From positions 70,576,181 to 70,602,818 of the forward strand of contig NC_057719.1 of NCBI RefSeq assembly GCF_004010195.1: a stretch of DNA of 26,638 nt, read 5' to 3'. The notes beneath the pieces are model-generated. The model was not told where the DNA came from, ran no database searches, and was given only the letters and a program-made list of their open reading frames with translations. This stretch comes from Chiloscyllium plagiosum (taxonomy: Eukaryota). Made by a program: the position numbers and the translations under genes. Position 1 is the stretch's first letter. Each line of letters starts with the position of its first letter. Positions 9,787 to 20,470 of this stretch are shown here, in pieces.

Positions 9787-11489
9787 TTATCTGGGTAATA
9801 CTGAACTTACAAGTTTACCAGATTTCTGTATGTTACTGTACAACTTTATATGAAGGTTCAGTAAATAACATACCTGCTTGCAACTTGTCATTGTACAATA
9901 TCAATCAAAATTTGTAGTGCTGATTCCTTTGGTGATTTAACTATTTGATGTAGTTATCATGGGATCTGCAAGCATTGCTTTGGTGCTGTAGGTCTAATTC
10001 CCCAGTCCATTTTAACACCAAAGATCAGCAAACTTCAAAGTGCTTCTCTGCTCTACTGAAGTTAAATGCAGTAAAATGTTTATTAAAAGTATTACACATA
10101 TGCATCACTGAACTAGGAACTCTCACAAGAACAACCTGAAAGTTGTGAGTTTGTCATTATAAAAAGAAAAGTCTATAATATATATATTCTTGTTGCAATA
10201 CTAGAGCCATCAATATAGATAAATCTAACTTCTGTCTCCCAAATTGTGTCTCAATTCAGCGAAAAAGAACTCGACAAAAATGTAAAAAATAAAGCAATTT
10301 AGTGCAAACCTGTAAAATGAAACAAATAATAAATAAAAATAGCAGGCATCTACACAAAAAATATAGCTACTGATCCTCAATCTGGTTAATGCACCACATC
10401 AATTCAGAACCGAATGTTTCTATTTTTTGTACTTGGCATCACTGAATTGTGTATTAGCTATCAAGTCATACTGCGGCGTGGATTGTTACCGTTAACTCAG
10501 TATAAACTGCCATTTTACTGTATCTTATAACATGGTTTACATTAATTAGGGGAAAATGCATTATTCTGGAAGTCAAGCAGTTATCCCGAAATGAGACATC
10601 TGTCCTCTGAAGCTTCCATAACATTACAGTTAGCTCAAATGCTGATTTGGCAATTCTTAAATATCATCATGCTCTAATTACCTATTTGGGGAATCAAATA
10701 GTCCATTACTGTAATAATAAAATTAATAGTTAAATGCATTATTAATTTATCACTTAAATTAAAACTCTCTCCTGGTCTTTTGTATTGTGATGATCTAAAA
10801 GGGCATTATATGAGAACTCACTTTGTGACTTCTTTTCAACCTGTACATATGTCACTTGCTTGATGAATAAAAGACCAACATTATATTTAAGAAATTTGTT
10901 TTTATTGTCTTTTCATTTGAGGAAGTGATTGATCTTTAAAAGTGCATCAACCTTACATGGATTTCCTATGTTTCCGAGCAATTTCTTCAAATAATATTTT
11001 TACAAGTATGAAAAATAGACTGGAAGTGTCTAAATTAAAGAGAGAATACACAAATATATGAAAGCAATTTTAATGAAGAGTCAATCATAAGTATGTTCTG
11101 ATATTTACGAGAGATGGTACGGGAATGGGTTTCTTAGGTCTGGGGGGAGGGTGGGGGGAGGCTGGATGATAAGTACAGTGAATTTCCATAAATGTCCAGA
11201 ACTTTACAGCAGTGCTTCATTTTATTTTTTAACCCCAATTTTCTGGTAAATGATCGAATTGAGAGGCTAGTTGGTTGCTTCATGCGAAAGAGAGCTGCAG
11301 GGAAGGGTCATAACTGGGACCCACTAGGAACACTCATGTTAATCATAAAACAGTAAGGAATAGCATATTAATCTGGAATGAACAATAAGGAGGGAGTGTG
11401 AGAGGGAAAGATCAGGTGATAAAAGGAATTGGAGATCACATTGGAATGATAGATGAGAAGGAGAGGAGGTAGGTCACAGGAGGAGAGAT

Positions 11490-11755
11490 GGATAACAGGG
11501 AGTAGTGCAATGGTGTCATGAGCCATGAGAATGTAGTCATTGGTGCCATAATAACCAGCCTTGCAAAGCTCACAGACTATCAGATGCACTAGGTGGATAG
11601 GAGTGTTCAGGACGTAGGAGATGTGGCTGCCAGGATAGTAGTGACACTCCTCCAGGAAGTGGTAATGGTGTTCAGAGATCACCAGAACATTAATCCAATG
11701 GAAACCCATCCTCTTCATGAATTCTGCAGTGTTGTGACAGCCTTCCCAGAGCTAC
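11490..11755 (-). pseudogene. PIF/Harbinger (HARBI1-like) DDE transposase remnant
   Basis: FMKRMGFHWINVLVISEHHYHFLEECHYYPGS resembles NRKGFHSINVQ.VCD......V.A.YPGS. Frameshifted LQGWLL and WLMTPLHY resemble GWLLGD.GY...WLMTP. Truncated 5' by the LINE at 11760. Confidence 0.75.
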
Positions 11756-11759
11756 ATTT

Positions 11760-13197
11760 TATTTTATTCACACCTGGGACGTGGGCATTGTTAAGACAAT
11801 AAGACATAGGAGTGGAAGTAAGGCCATTTGGCTCATCAAGTCCACTCCACCATTCAATCATGGGTGATGGGCATTTCAGTGCCACTTACCCACATTGTCC
11901 CTGTTAGCTAGGTCAGCATTTGTTGCCCATCTCTAGTTGCCTTTGAGAAGGTGCTGGTCAACTGCATTCTTGAACATTTCTATTTTGAACTCATAGACCC
12001 ACAATGCAATTGGACCAGGAGTTCCAGGATTTTGATCTTGTGATACTGAGTGGCTCAGAGAGGAATTTGGTGGGTGATCTTTTTCCCATGTATCTGCTGC
12101 CCTCGTCCTTCAAGATAATAATGGTTATAGGATTGGAAGGTGCTGTCCCAGAAGCCTTGGTGAATTTCTGTGGGCACTGAGAGTCAGCAGTGGAATGAGT
12201 GGATGTAGTGCCAATCAAGCGGGCTGCTTCTTCCTGGATGGGTGATGTTGGAGCTGCACTCATCCAAGTAAGTAGAGAGTATTCGATCACACTCCTGACT
12301 TACCTTGTAGGTGGTGTCCAGTGGTCAGTTGATTAATGCAATATTCATAACCTCTGTTAATGCTACAGTTTTTATGTGACTCGTCTAGTTCAGTTTCTGG
12401 TTAGTGGTGACCCCAGGTTGTTAAAGCATGGGAACAGTGATGGTAAGCAATTAAATGTAAGAGGGTGACGGTAAGGTTCTTTCTTTTTGGATATGGTCAT
12501 TTTCCTGGCATTCGCATGCTGAGAATATTACTTGTGACTTGTCATCATGGACTTGGATGTTGTCCAAGTCTTGCTATGTTTACTGTTTCAGTATTTGAGG
12601 AGTCACAAATAGTGCTGAACATTGTGCAATGATGTGCAAACATCTCCACTTCTGACCTTCATTATAATGAGGAGGTCATTGTTGAAGCACTGAAGGCTTA
12701 GCTTAGGACATGATTCTGAGGCACTCCTGCAGTGATGCCCTGGAGCTGAGATGACAGACTTCCAACAAATAGAACCATTTTTGTACCAAGTATGACACCA
12801 ATCAGCAGAGTGTTTTTCTCCCCATTTCCCACTGTTTCCAGTTTTGCTAGGGCTCCTTGATGCCACACTCAATCAAATGTGACCTTGATGTCAAGGGCTG
12901 TCACTCTCAGCTCCCCTCTGGAATTCAGCTCTGCTGTCCATGTTTGAACCAAGGCTGTAATGAGGTCAGGAGCTGAATGGCCCTGGCAGAACCCAAACTG
13001 GATGGCACTGAGCAGGTTATTGCTGAGCAGATGCTGCTTGATAGCACCGTTAATGACACCATGACACCTTCCATCACTCTACTGATGATCAACAATAGGC
13101 TGATGGGCAGTATTTGGCCGGATTGGACTTGTCCTACTTTTTATGTACAGGATAAACCTGGATTTATCCTGTACATTGTTGGGTAGATGCCAGTGTT
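11760..13197 (-). mobile_element. CR1-group LINE ('family B') RT + 3' end, 5'-truncated
   Basis: RC remnants NTGIYPT, PVHKK*DKSNPA, PISLL.IISRVMEG, NNLLSAIQFGF, ALDIKVTFD*VWHQGALAKL, AGVPQNHVLS, MFAHHCTMF (=FADD), IEYSLLTWMSAAPT, plus the family 3' tail. Confidence 0.9.
11794..11901 (-). mobile_element. 108-bp CR1 3'-UTR fragment nested in the family B tail
   Basis: taagacaataagacataggagtggaagtaaggccatt is the RC of a CR1 3' terminus. 5-bp TSD tgtta at 11789-11793 and 11902-11906. The host tail reads through once it is removed. Confidence 0.75.
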
Positions 13198-13959
13198 CCA
13201 TAGAATAATACTGCATAGATTTTGTTTTATTCATCTGAATTCCAATGCTACAGAGTGGCATTGATCAGTTACATTGCTAAATCCAAGAGCTGCTGAGCTT
13301 ATCTTAAGCTACTTGCTCTGTGAGATGGTCTCAAAGATCTTACTCATGAGCTACACTATGGTTATTCTAAGAATCATTATTCATCACAGTTTGAAGCAAA
13401 GGGGCTTCCATAAATATGCAAATACATTCTTCTCTGTAGATAGAAAATTGACCAGCAACAGTCACAAACATTTCTTCCTATAAGTAGCGAAACTTGTAAG
13501 AATAAGCAGCGATACTGATTTTTCTGTGTCAAAGTTTTTAATATTATCATTCCTCCTTTCAGAACATGCTGTTTTTTTTAATTAAGATTTGCATGTAGCT
13601 CTCCACAACTAATTGAAACAACAAGTCTGTCTATTCTATGTTGAACCAAACCCATATTGGGATAACAATTAGTAACAGGGGTTAGCAACAATCTTGTCCT
13701 GGAGTCTCCAGGAATTAAAGATTCATTTGCTGGACATGGCTGCCAGCATCAGCAAAGAGAACAATCCAAAGGACATTAAAAAATAATCCACTCCTTTTTT
13801 TTTAATCATTTCCTGCAGCTGTTTGTGTTTACTATTGGAGATGGGAAGAAAATTGCAGATGACAATAAAAATGAGAGTCAGGAATCATTCAATTCAGTAA
13901 CAAATGTTAAGCTGAGATGGGTTTCTGTACAGGAAAGAGGAACCACTATACGGGCAATA

Positions 13960-14077
13960 CAGATGTTGAAGATCTGACATAAAAACAAATTTCTGGAGAA
14001 GCTCATCAGGTCTGGCAGCATCCATGGAGAGAGAAACAGATATAAGTTTCAAGTCCAGTGTGACTCCTCCTCAGAAT
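13960..14077 (-). mobile_element. Short PLE terminal copy starting at a partly decayed hammerhead
   Basis: RC: tt-CTGAGGA-g-gagtc(acactg)gactt-GAAA-c-TTA...tctgtttctctctccatggatgctgccagacctg. Stem II intact, stems I and III damaged. Confidence 0.7.
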
Positions 14078-14579
14078 GTAACTGCAGAATTTGCAGATTT
14101 GTCCTGTTGGGAAGCTGGCAGGAACTGCTGGCAGGCCATCTGCATTTAACTGGAGAGCATTCACTGGAATGTTTGTAGAACAAGCACTTCTGACTTTCAC
14201 TTAAATTGAGTTGTAATTAATTGGAAACTTGTGATGGAGTCTGTGCTCAAATCTGAGAGTGTTGGTTTCCTCAGATTCCTGTCAAGTGCCTCAGCATACT
14301 CTGACTTTCCCCTGAGGTGATTACCGTCATTTGAAGATTTTTTCTTAAGTGTATATGGATCAAATTGTCAAATAGGCTGCAGACAGAGGGAAATGCCTGG
14401 CCTTGGAGAATCAAGTAATGTCTGTTTAACATTGAGAATTTCTTAATCTACAAACCCATCCTGGGATCTGCAAGGGGATATTTGCAGAAAAGTACAATCT
14501 ACTCTCTATAAGTGTACTTCCCAGGATGAGGGATGCCTTACTTGGCAGGGTGAAAACTTTTATCATCGGTTCCTAATGA

Positions 14580-15097
14580 CTGTCCACCATCCACAAGGCA
14601 TAAATTGGGAGTACAAAGGAAGATTCTCCAATTGCCTGAATGAGTGCAACTCCAACAACATTCAAGAAACTCAGCATTAATGTCAAAGTTTGATTTGCAC
14701 GACATCCATCACCTTCAACATTCAATTCCCCCACTACCAATGTATAGAGTCAGTAGTGTGCACCATATGTAAGATGCACTGTAGTAACTCTCCAAGTCTC
14801 TTTTGACAACACCTTCCAAACCTTTCACCTCTGTCTTGTAAAAGGACAAGGGCAGTCACTACATTGGGAACGCGATCAGCTTCAAGATCCCCTCCAAGCC
14901 AGGCTAGCGATCCTGACTTGGAAATAAATTGTGGTTCCTTCACTGTTGCTGGGTTGAATTCCTAGAACTTCTTTCCTAGTAGCACTGTGGAGGCACTTAT
15001 ACCCAAAGACTAAAGTGGTTCAAGAAGGCTGCTCAAGTGCAATTAGGAATGGACAATAAATCCTGTCAATGATGCTCACATCCCATGAACAAATATA
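14580..15097 (+). mobile_element. CR1-group LINE ('family B') 3' fragment
   Basis: LSTIHKA / SPIA*MSATPTTFKKL, plus the family 3' UTR ending gatgctcacatcccatgaacaaat. Possible 5-bp TSD aatga at 14575-14579 and 15098-15102. Confidence 0.8.
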
Positions 15098-15220
15098 AAT
15101 GAAATTCAGAATGAGATGGTCCTGAGATTTCCTGATCTGTCTGGATTCCCATAGGTCCAGCCAATCATAGATTACACATTTTGACAATCAAGATCTCTTG
15201 GGATCTCTCAGAAATCCCTT

Positions 15221-15540
15221 GGGATGGCACGGTGGCTCAGTGGTTAGCACTGCTGCCTCACAGCGCCAGGGACCAGGAATCAATTCTCGCCTCGGGCAAC
15301 TGTCTGTGTGGAGTTTGCACATTCTCCCGTATCTGCTTGGGTTTCCTCTGGGTGCTCAGGTTTCCTCCCACAGTCCAAAGATGTGCAGGTCAGGTGAATT
15401 GGCCATGCTAAATTGCCCGTAGTGTTAGGTGCATTAGTCAGGGGTGAATGTAGGGGAATGAGTCTGGGTGGGTTGCTGTTTGGAGGGTCGGTGTGGACTT
15501 GTTGGGCTGAAGGGCCTGTTTCCACACTGTAGGGAATCTT
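15221..15540 (+). mobile_element. HE1-type V-SINE (tRNA-derived), near full length
   Basis: tRNA-like head with A box tggctcagtgg (15233-15243) and a decayed B box (15276-15287). V-domain gtgtggagtttgcacattctccc...gggtttcctctgggtgctcaggtttcctcccacagtccaaagatgtgcagg. CR1-like tail gggctgaagggcctgtttcc. Confidence 0.92.
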
Positions 15541-16226
15541 AAAAAAAATTCATCAATCAAAATAGATTCCATTCCATTCATATTTACGTGGTCTGTAACC
15601 ATCATAAGATTATCATGCATGCCTGTACGAAGTACTCAGTGTAGCAGAGTGACTTTCATCCCACACCAGTCAGATCTCTTACAGATATCTCCACCTCCAC
15701 GTTTGGTCAATTTGGAGACATGTCTATCAAATTACCTGATGACATCAACAAAATGACCTACCAGTAAAGCATGGAAAAAGTAAAATTATAGCTATGTGAA
15801 CAAAGGATTGGTCATTGAGTATGCCATTTAAGACACTGAAGATGTGATAAATATGCCAGGACCATTCTGAAAGCACCTTGGAGTATGCATCATGAAGGGT
15901 TTTCTGAGTGCAATTGGCCTCTCTGCCTTGCACAATTTAAGACATCAAGAAATCCTGGAGCTGCATGAGCAGGAAAATATAAGTGCACTTCATCGTTGGA
16001 AGAGCTGGAGGGGGAGGAAATAAATGAGGAAGAGGAAGACAGTGACATGGTGAGGGATCCTACATTCACTTAGTAGACAGTGATTCCTGTGATGGACTGA
16101 TTTCAGGCACACCAATTATTAAGGAGTGCAACTGTCTGACATTCTCTAACTTTGATACCACAATGGTAACCCAGTCCTGAAAACAAAGCTCTCTAACAAT
16201 CAATCTCTTTCTCAACCCTGCCTTTT

Positions 16227-17290
16227 GGCCAGGATTTTACACTCCCTTGTCAGTAGATTTGGTACAGAAGCCTGTACATTTTCTGCAAGTGGCATTCCCA
16301 CAGACTAGCGCTCCAGTCCTGACTTGTCTGAAATTTTATAAGTAGGCATCAAGCAGTTGGATCTATCATTAGTAACCTCTTAATGGCTATTAACGCTACG
16401 AAGTACTTTCTTCTGCTGACGTTTTGCCATGGTGGCAAAAGTGTTATGCTTTAGCTTCATGGAACTTGAGTTGAGCAAAAGGGTTCCTTGCATGGAGATT
16501 CCCCCGCAATTATCGGAGTACCCTTCACCACAACCCTACCCCAATTCTCCTCACTCCCATCGACCCTCCCCCAATCTCTTGAACACAACACCATATACCA
16601 CTGCAACCCCCCTCACCAAGACCCAACCCCAAGACATACATGGCCTTCTCCATCTGATTTAAAAAATTCTTTATGTATTTTGGCCAACATTACATTAAAC
16701 ACAGATTATTGGTAAATTAGTTTATAAGCCTGTCTTATTAGGCAGCAGGATGTGGGGTACAGATTTCACCACCTCCCTTCAATCAAGTGAAGAGTAAGGA
16801 GATGTCCACTGGCTTTCCCACCCCATCACCAGTCAATGCTCTTAATAAGCAATGTCATCCCCATGCCATTGGTGTTCAATCAGCATAATGGGGTGGTTTG
16901 TCATGTGAGAGTACCAGCAAGCAAACCCTGGTATGAGAGAGGAGGAGCCCTTATTTCAAAGGCACTCAGTACCTGAACAAGGGATGCAGTACCAGTAAGG
17001 TAAGGCATGCTAGAGCTACCAAATGCCTTTTCCTCTGCCCAGACCCCAACTTCCCCTCTTTAGTGCTTAGCCTCACTAAGCTTTATCCAGGGAGCCATTC
17101 TGGATCCCTGGTGAAAGACCTTTTATATTACTAACTGGAGCCCTTAAACCAATGGCACTGCCAATAATGGAGATCTGCTTCAGGAGTGGAGGAGCCCTAA
17201 TGGCTGGGTTCCCGGTATCAATTAAGGACTTCATTCTCTTGAAGTTCAAGGAGGTCAGGTCTGTGGTAGATGTCAGGCTTTGCGATTGCC
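16227..17290. mobile_element. Possible non-autonomous Harbinger-like DNA element relic
   Basis: Begins ggccaggattttac, similar to the TIR-like gggctgaattttac at 1880, and is more GC-rich than its flanks. No coding evidence and no clear right TIR. Confidence 0.3.
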
Positions 17291-17435
17291 CTCATTAAAC
17301 TCTGGTCAATATTAATCTATTTGCCCTCTCAGATAGATGTGAAACATCAGATTTCTCCATCTGATTAAAAAAAACACATTTCTTTATGTATTTTGGCCAA
17401 CATTACATTAAACACAGATTATTGGTAAATTAGTT
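16646..17435 (+). repeat. Dispersed direct repeat (~77/83 bp, with a 56-bp exact core)
   Basis: 16667-16722 is identical to 17380-17435, and both are preceded by ttctccatctgatt (16646, 17353) and an A-run. Confidence 0.95.
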
Positions 17436-17540
17436 GCTGTTTGTAAGACTTTGACTTTAGTTAACCTGAATGCTGCACAACAAAAATAATTTATCATCAA
17501 CAAAATGCTTCATTGTCTTGCAGTTGTGGAAATACAAGCA
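17295..17540 (+). mobile_element. Decayed Deu-domain-like SINE relic
   Basis: tgccctctcagatagatgtgaaacatc...tggccaacattacattaaacacagattattggt...ttgctgtttgt...aaaatgcttcattg is collinear with the recalled AmnSINE/SacSINE Deu-domain and tail. Confidence 0.5.
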
Positions 17541-20149
17541 AAAACATATTTTCTTAACGATAATGACTAGCCTGCTGAGACAACATAGAGATGACCTTAA
17601 CAATAACTCCCACCTGATGCTTTGCTTGAAATTTGAATGTCCAATATTAGCATACTAATCCTTCATTTGTACATATGAAAGTCCTCTATTTATTATTTTA
17701 ATGGAAGAGCTACCTATTCATATATTGAAAGGATTAATGGGCCAAGTAATTTCATATGAGTGTGTTCAGCATTCACAGGCCAATTGCCACATAGTCTTAT
17801 TTCAAGGTCAATATTTGCATGTTCGAGATCACTCAAAAACTTTACTCTCAAAGGCAAATAGTCTATGGAAGATCCCACCTTTTATTTTACTGATTGTACA
17901 GCAAATGGCAAACTGACAATGGGCTTTATTCACAGACTGATCAATAGTATAACTTGAGTCAAGAGTATAACTTGTAAATTTCAGAGCAGTCTAATTTTCT
18001 TTTGGTCATTAAAAGCTAATTAAAGTAAATAAATAAATACACAAGCAATATTCATGGGGTCTTTGGATTTTCTACCTCTAAAATCAATCGTTTCTCTAGG
18101 ACTTTTCCTGATGCTATGATCAACAGAAGCATCCATGAACATTTTAATCCATAATTTGCCATATCTATTAACAATCTACATATCACTGCAACTAAAAGGG
18201 TTCTCTCTATTTAGTACATACAATATTGGATGTATCACTAATAAAGTACAAGGTGATTTGAGAAGTGTCTGTGCCACCCTTGTTTACTATATTATTATGC
18301 AGTGTGCATTAAATCAGATTTAATTTTTAGTTTCTACTGGGAAATTAACCACACTCAGAAACTGTGGCCAATTGGTATTAGTTTAAACACTTGCTATTCT
18401 GTGCTTGCATTGCAAACTGACAGATTCAAACAAATGAGTCCCTCAGAAATCTGCTTTTTGTTGCATATTTATTATTTCACATTTGAGTCCAAAGAGGAGG
18501 TAAATCCAGTAAAACTTGATCTCCCTTGGTGTCCATACTATTATGCCCTGCAATTAACTGAAGGTTTCAAGTTGAATGCTAAGGTGCCCAAATAAATCAC
18601 AACAGCAGCTTATTGTTATTTCAAGTAGGCTACAGTTCTGTAGAACAGAAAATTTGCCTCCACAGGCCAAAAATGGGCTATAAGAGTACAGAATAATATA
18701 TTATATGGAAGAATGCTGTATTGTATAAAGAGAATACATGAATACATTGGAAATGGTGATTTATGGAAAGCAAAACAGGAAACATTAATATAATGCTTGG
18801 TGCAATTCTGCTGTGTATTTCCTAAGTCTTTGTTTGTCCTATGTTAATACATATTTCAATTTTCAACAAGTTTTATGTCAATTTCAGTTGAGATAATTTA
18901 GTGGAGTATACTCCTGGGAGAGAAAAGAGCCACTCTATGGTACAGAACAATAAGAAAAACTAACACACACATTAACTGAGTCAATGACCTAACAAGTTAC
19001 TGTTGATGTTTACTAGTACGGTCAATACTCTTTAAGTCTACATATAACCTTTCCATGAAAGAAAACATTGTTTCTCATTGTTTTTTGCTCACTGGCAAAA
19101 AAAAATGTAAGGACAAATGATCAGCTAATGAAAGCCAGCATTGTTTGAGTCATCTCTTTGAATGTTTACTGCTCTGGTGCCTATATATACATTCATTTCA
19201 GATTGATCATTGTTATTGGATAATGATTTGTGATGAAGAAAATCTTTAAGCAGCAATTTATCTTTCAAAGGTTCTGTTCAAAAAGATAATTAGATGCCAA
19301 TTTACAGCGAAAGGTTATTGTGGATACTCCACACGTTTTGATAGATTATGTCGAAATATTTGGAACGAGGGTCTAGATTTTATTTTGACAACTCATGGCA
19401 GTGTTTCTTCCTCTTGAAAGGAAAATTTTCTAACTGGCTAATGTTAAAAAAAAAATCAATTTTATCCCACTGCAAGTGTGTCAAGAATGATGGTAAAATA
19501 TATTGAAATGGACCCAGCTGCATGGAAAAGCAAGCCTCTGTCTCCCATGCTCGACCCCTGGCTCCAATCTTTTGGAGGGTGGATATTTATAATCTGGGGC
19601 CTGAAAGATTATATTTCCAAATTAAGCATTAAAAATTGCTGTATTGCCATCCACAACAAATTGCAGGTTATTTGCAAATGGCATGGCATTTCTGAAAATG
19701 ATAATATGCTCATTATATTGTAAAATATTAGATAATATTCTTACTGATTAAGGTGATGGAATGTTCTGCAAAAACAAAAAATCAATAGAGGTCCAATATT
19801 CGTGATTAGATCTATCATTCTGCCAATTCTAAATGGCAGATCTATATTCAGCGTCTCACTATGGAAATGTCAACTGTTTCAATTTCATCAACTTATAAAT
19901 GTCATGAATTTAGCAATGACTTAATTTTGGGGGCATTATGATTGCTAGCTTTGAGGTATTCATTATCAGTTCAAATGAAGTGAGCAGTAGTAATGAGATC
20001 CTTAGAGCAGGTGACAACAATATATCCAAATCAAATAGCACTACCATCATCTATCTTGATATTATGACTTCTGTGTTTTATTCATGTTTTGTTATGATGT
20101 GCAGAGGGTTGTTTCAAACTCATTGCCAATAGTTTCACTTTTTTATGAC

Positions 20150-20470
20150 CTTCTCCTTCAGTTTTAAATAATAATTCCCTCATCCTTAGACTGTCCCCAA
20201 ATTACTTAGCCAGGGGCTCAACTTCTCAGTAACGAGCCTGCCAAGTCTCTTCAGAACCCTGTATGTTTTAATGAGATAGACTCTTATTCTTCAAAATTCC
20301 AGAGATTTAAACCCAAATTACTCAGCTTCTTGTAGAATATAGCTTTCATCCCAAGTTAGTGAACTTTCACAGCATCACTTCCGATGTTAATATTAACCTT
20401 CTAAAACTGGAGACTGTATTCCAAATGTGTTGTCACAAAAGCCTTGTTCAAATGTTGCAAGACTTCCATT
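20150..20470 (-). mobile_element. Old CR1 ORF2 3' fragment
   Basis: The RC contains decayed CR1 blocks aaggcttttgtgacaacacatttggaatacagt (KA.V..HLEY) and tctctggaattttgaagaataagagtctatctcattaaaacatacagggttctgaagagacttg (SLEF*RIRVYLIKTYRVLKRL). Confidence 0.7.

Larger units (their letters stand above)
14430..16050 (+). pseudogene. PIF/Harbinger transposase fossil split by a LINE (14580-15097) and a SINE (15221-15540)
   Basis: In order: GDICRKVQSTLYKCTSQ / RDALLGRVKTFI | QNEMVLRFPDLSGFP*VQPIIDYT / TIKI | FINQNRFHSIHIYVVCNHHKIIMHACTKYS / TFIPHQS / FGD / YLMTS / VIEYAI / TLKM**ICQDHSESTLEY / ALHNL, then an acidic tail. Collinear with HARBI1-family motifs. Confidence 0.8.

Noticed and set aside
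11368..11718. Domesticated HARBI1-like gene
   Set aside because: Only a fragment, frameshifted between motifs and truncated by a LINE, so it is a transposon relic rather than an intact gene.
13988..14012. Second hammerhead-like string (RC ctgatgagcttctccagaaatt)
   Set aside because: No stem II can form between the boxes, and homologous copies read ctgctg here, so it is a chance point mutation.
15221..15290. tRNA gene
   Set aside because: It is the tRNA-derived SINE head: the B box is decayed and it runs directly into the V-domain.
15735..15756. CTGATGA hammerhead box
   Set aside because: No stem II or GAAA follows, and it lies in the transposase YLMTS codons.
17295..17307. Right TIR for the element starting at 16227
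   Set aside because: The match is weak, there is no TWA target duplication, and it is equally explained as part of the Deu-like SINE relic.
18088..18153. Acceptor-like tttctctag followed by a short frame
   Set aside because: All frames close within 18 codons and there is no recognisable product.
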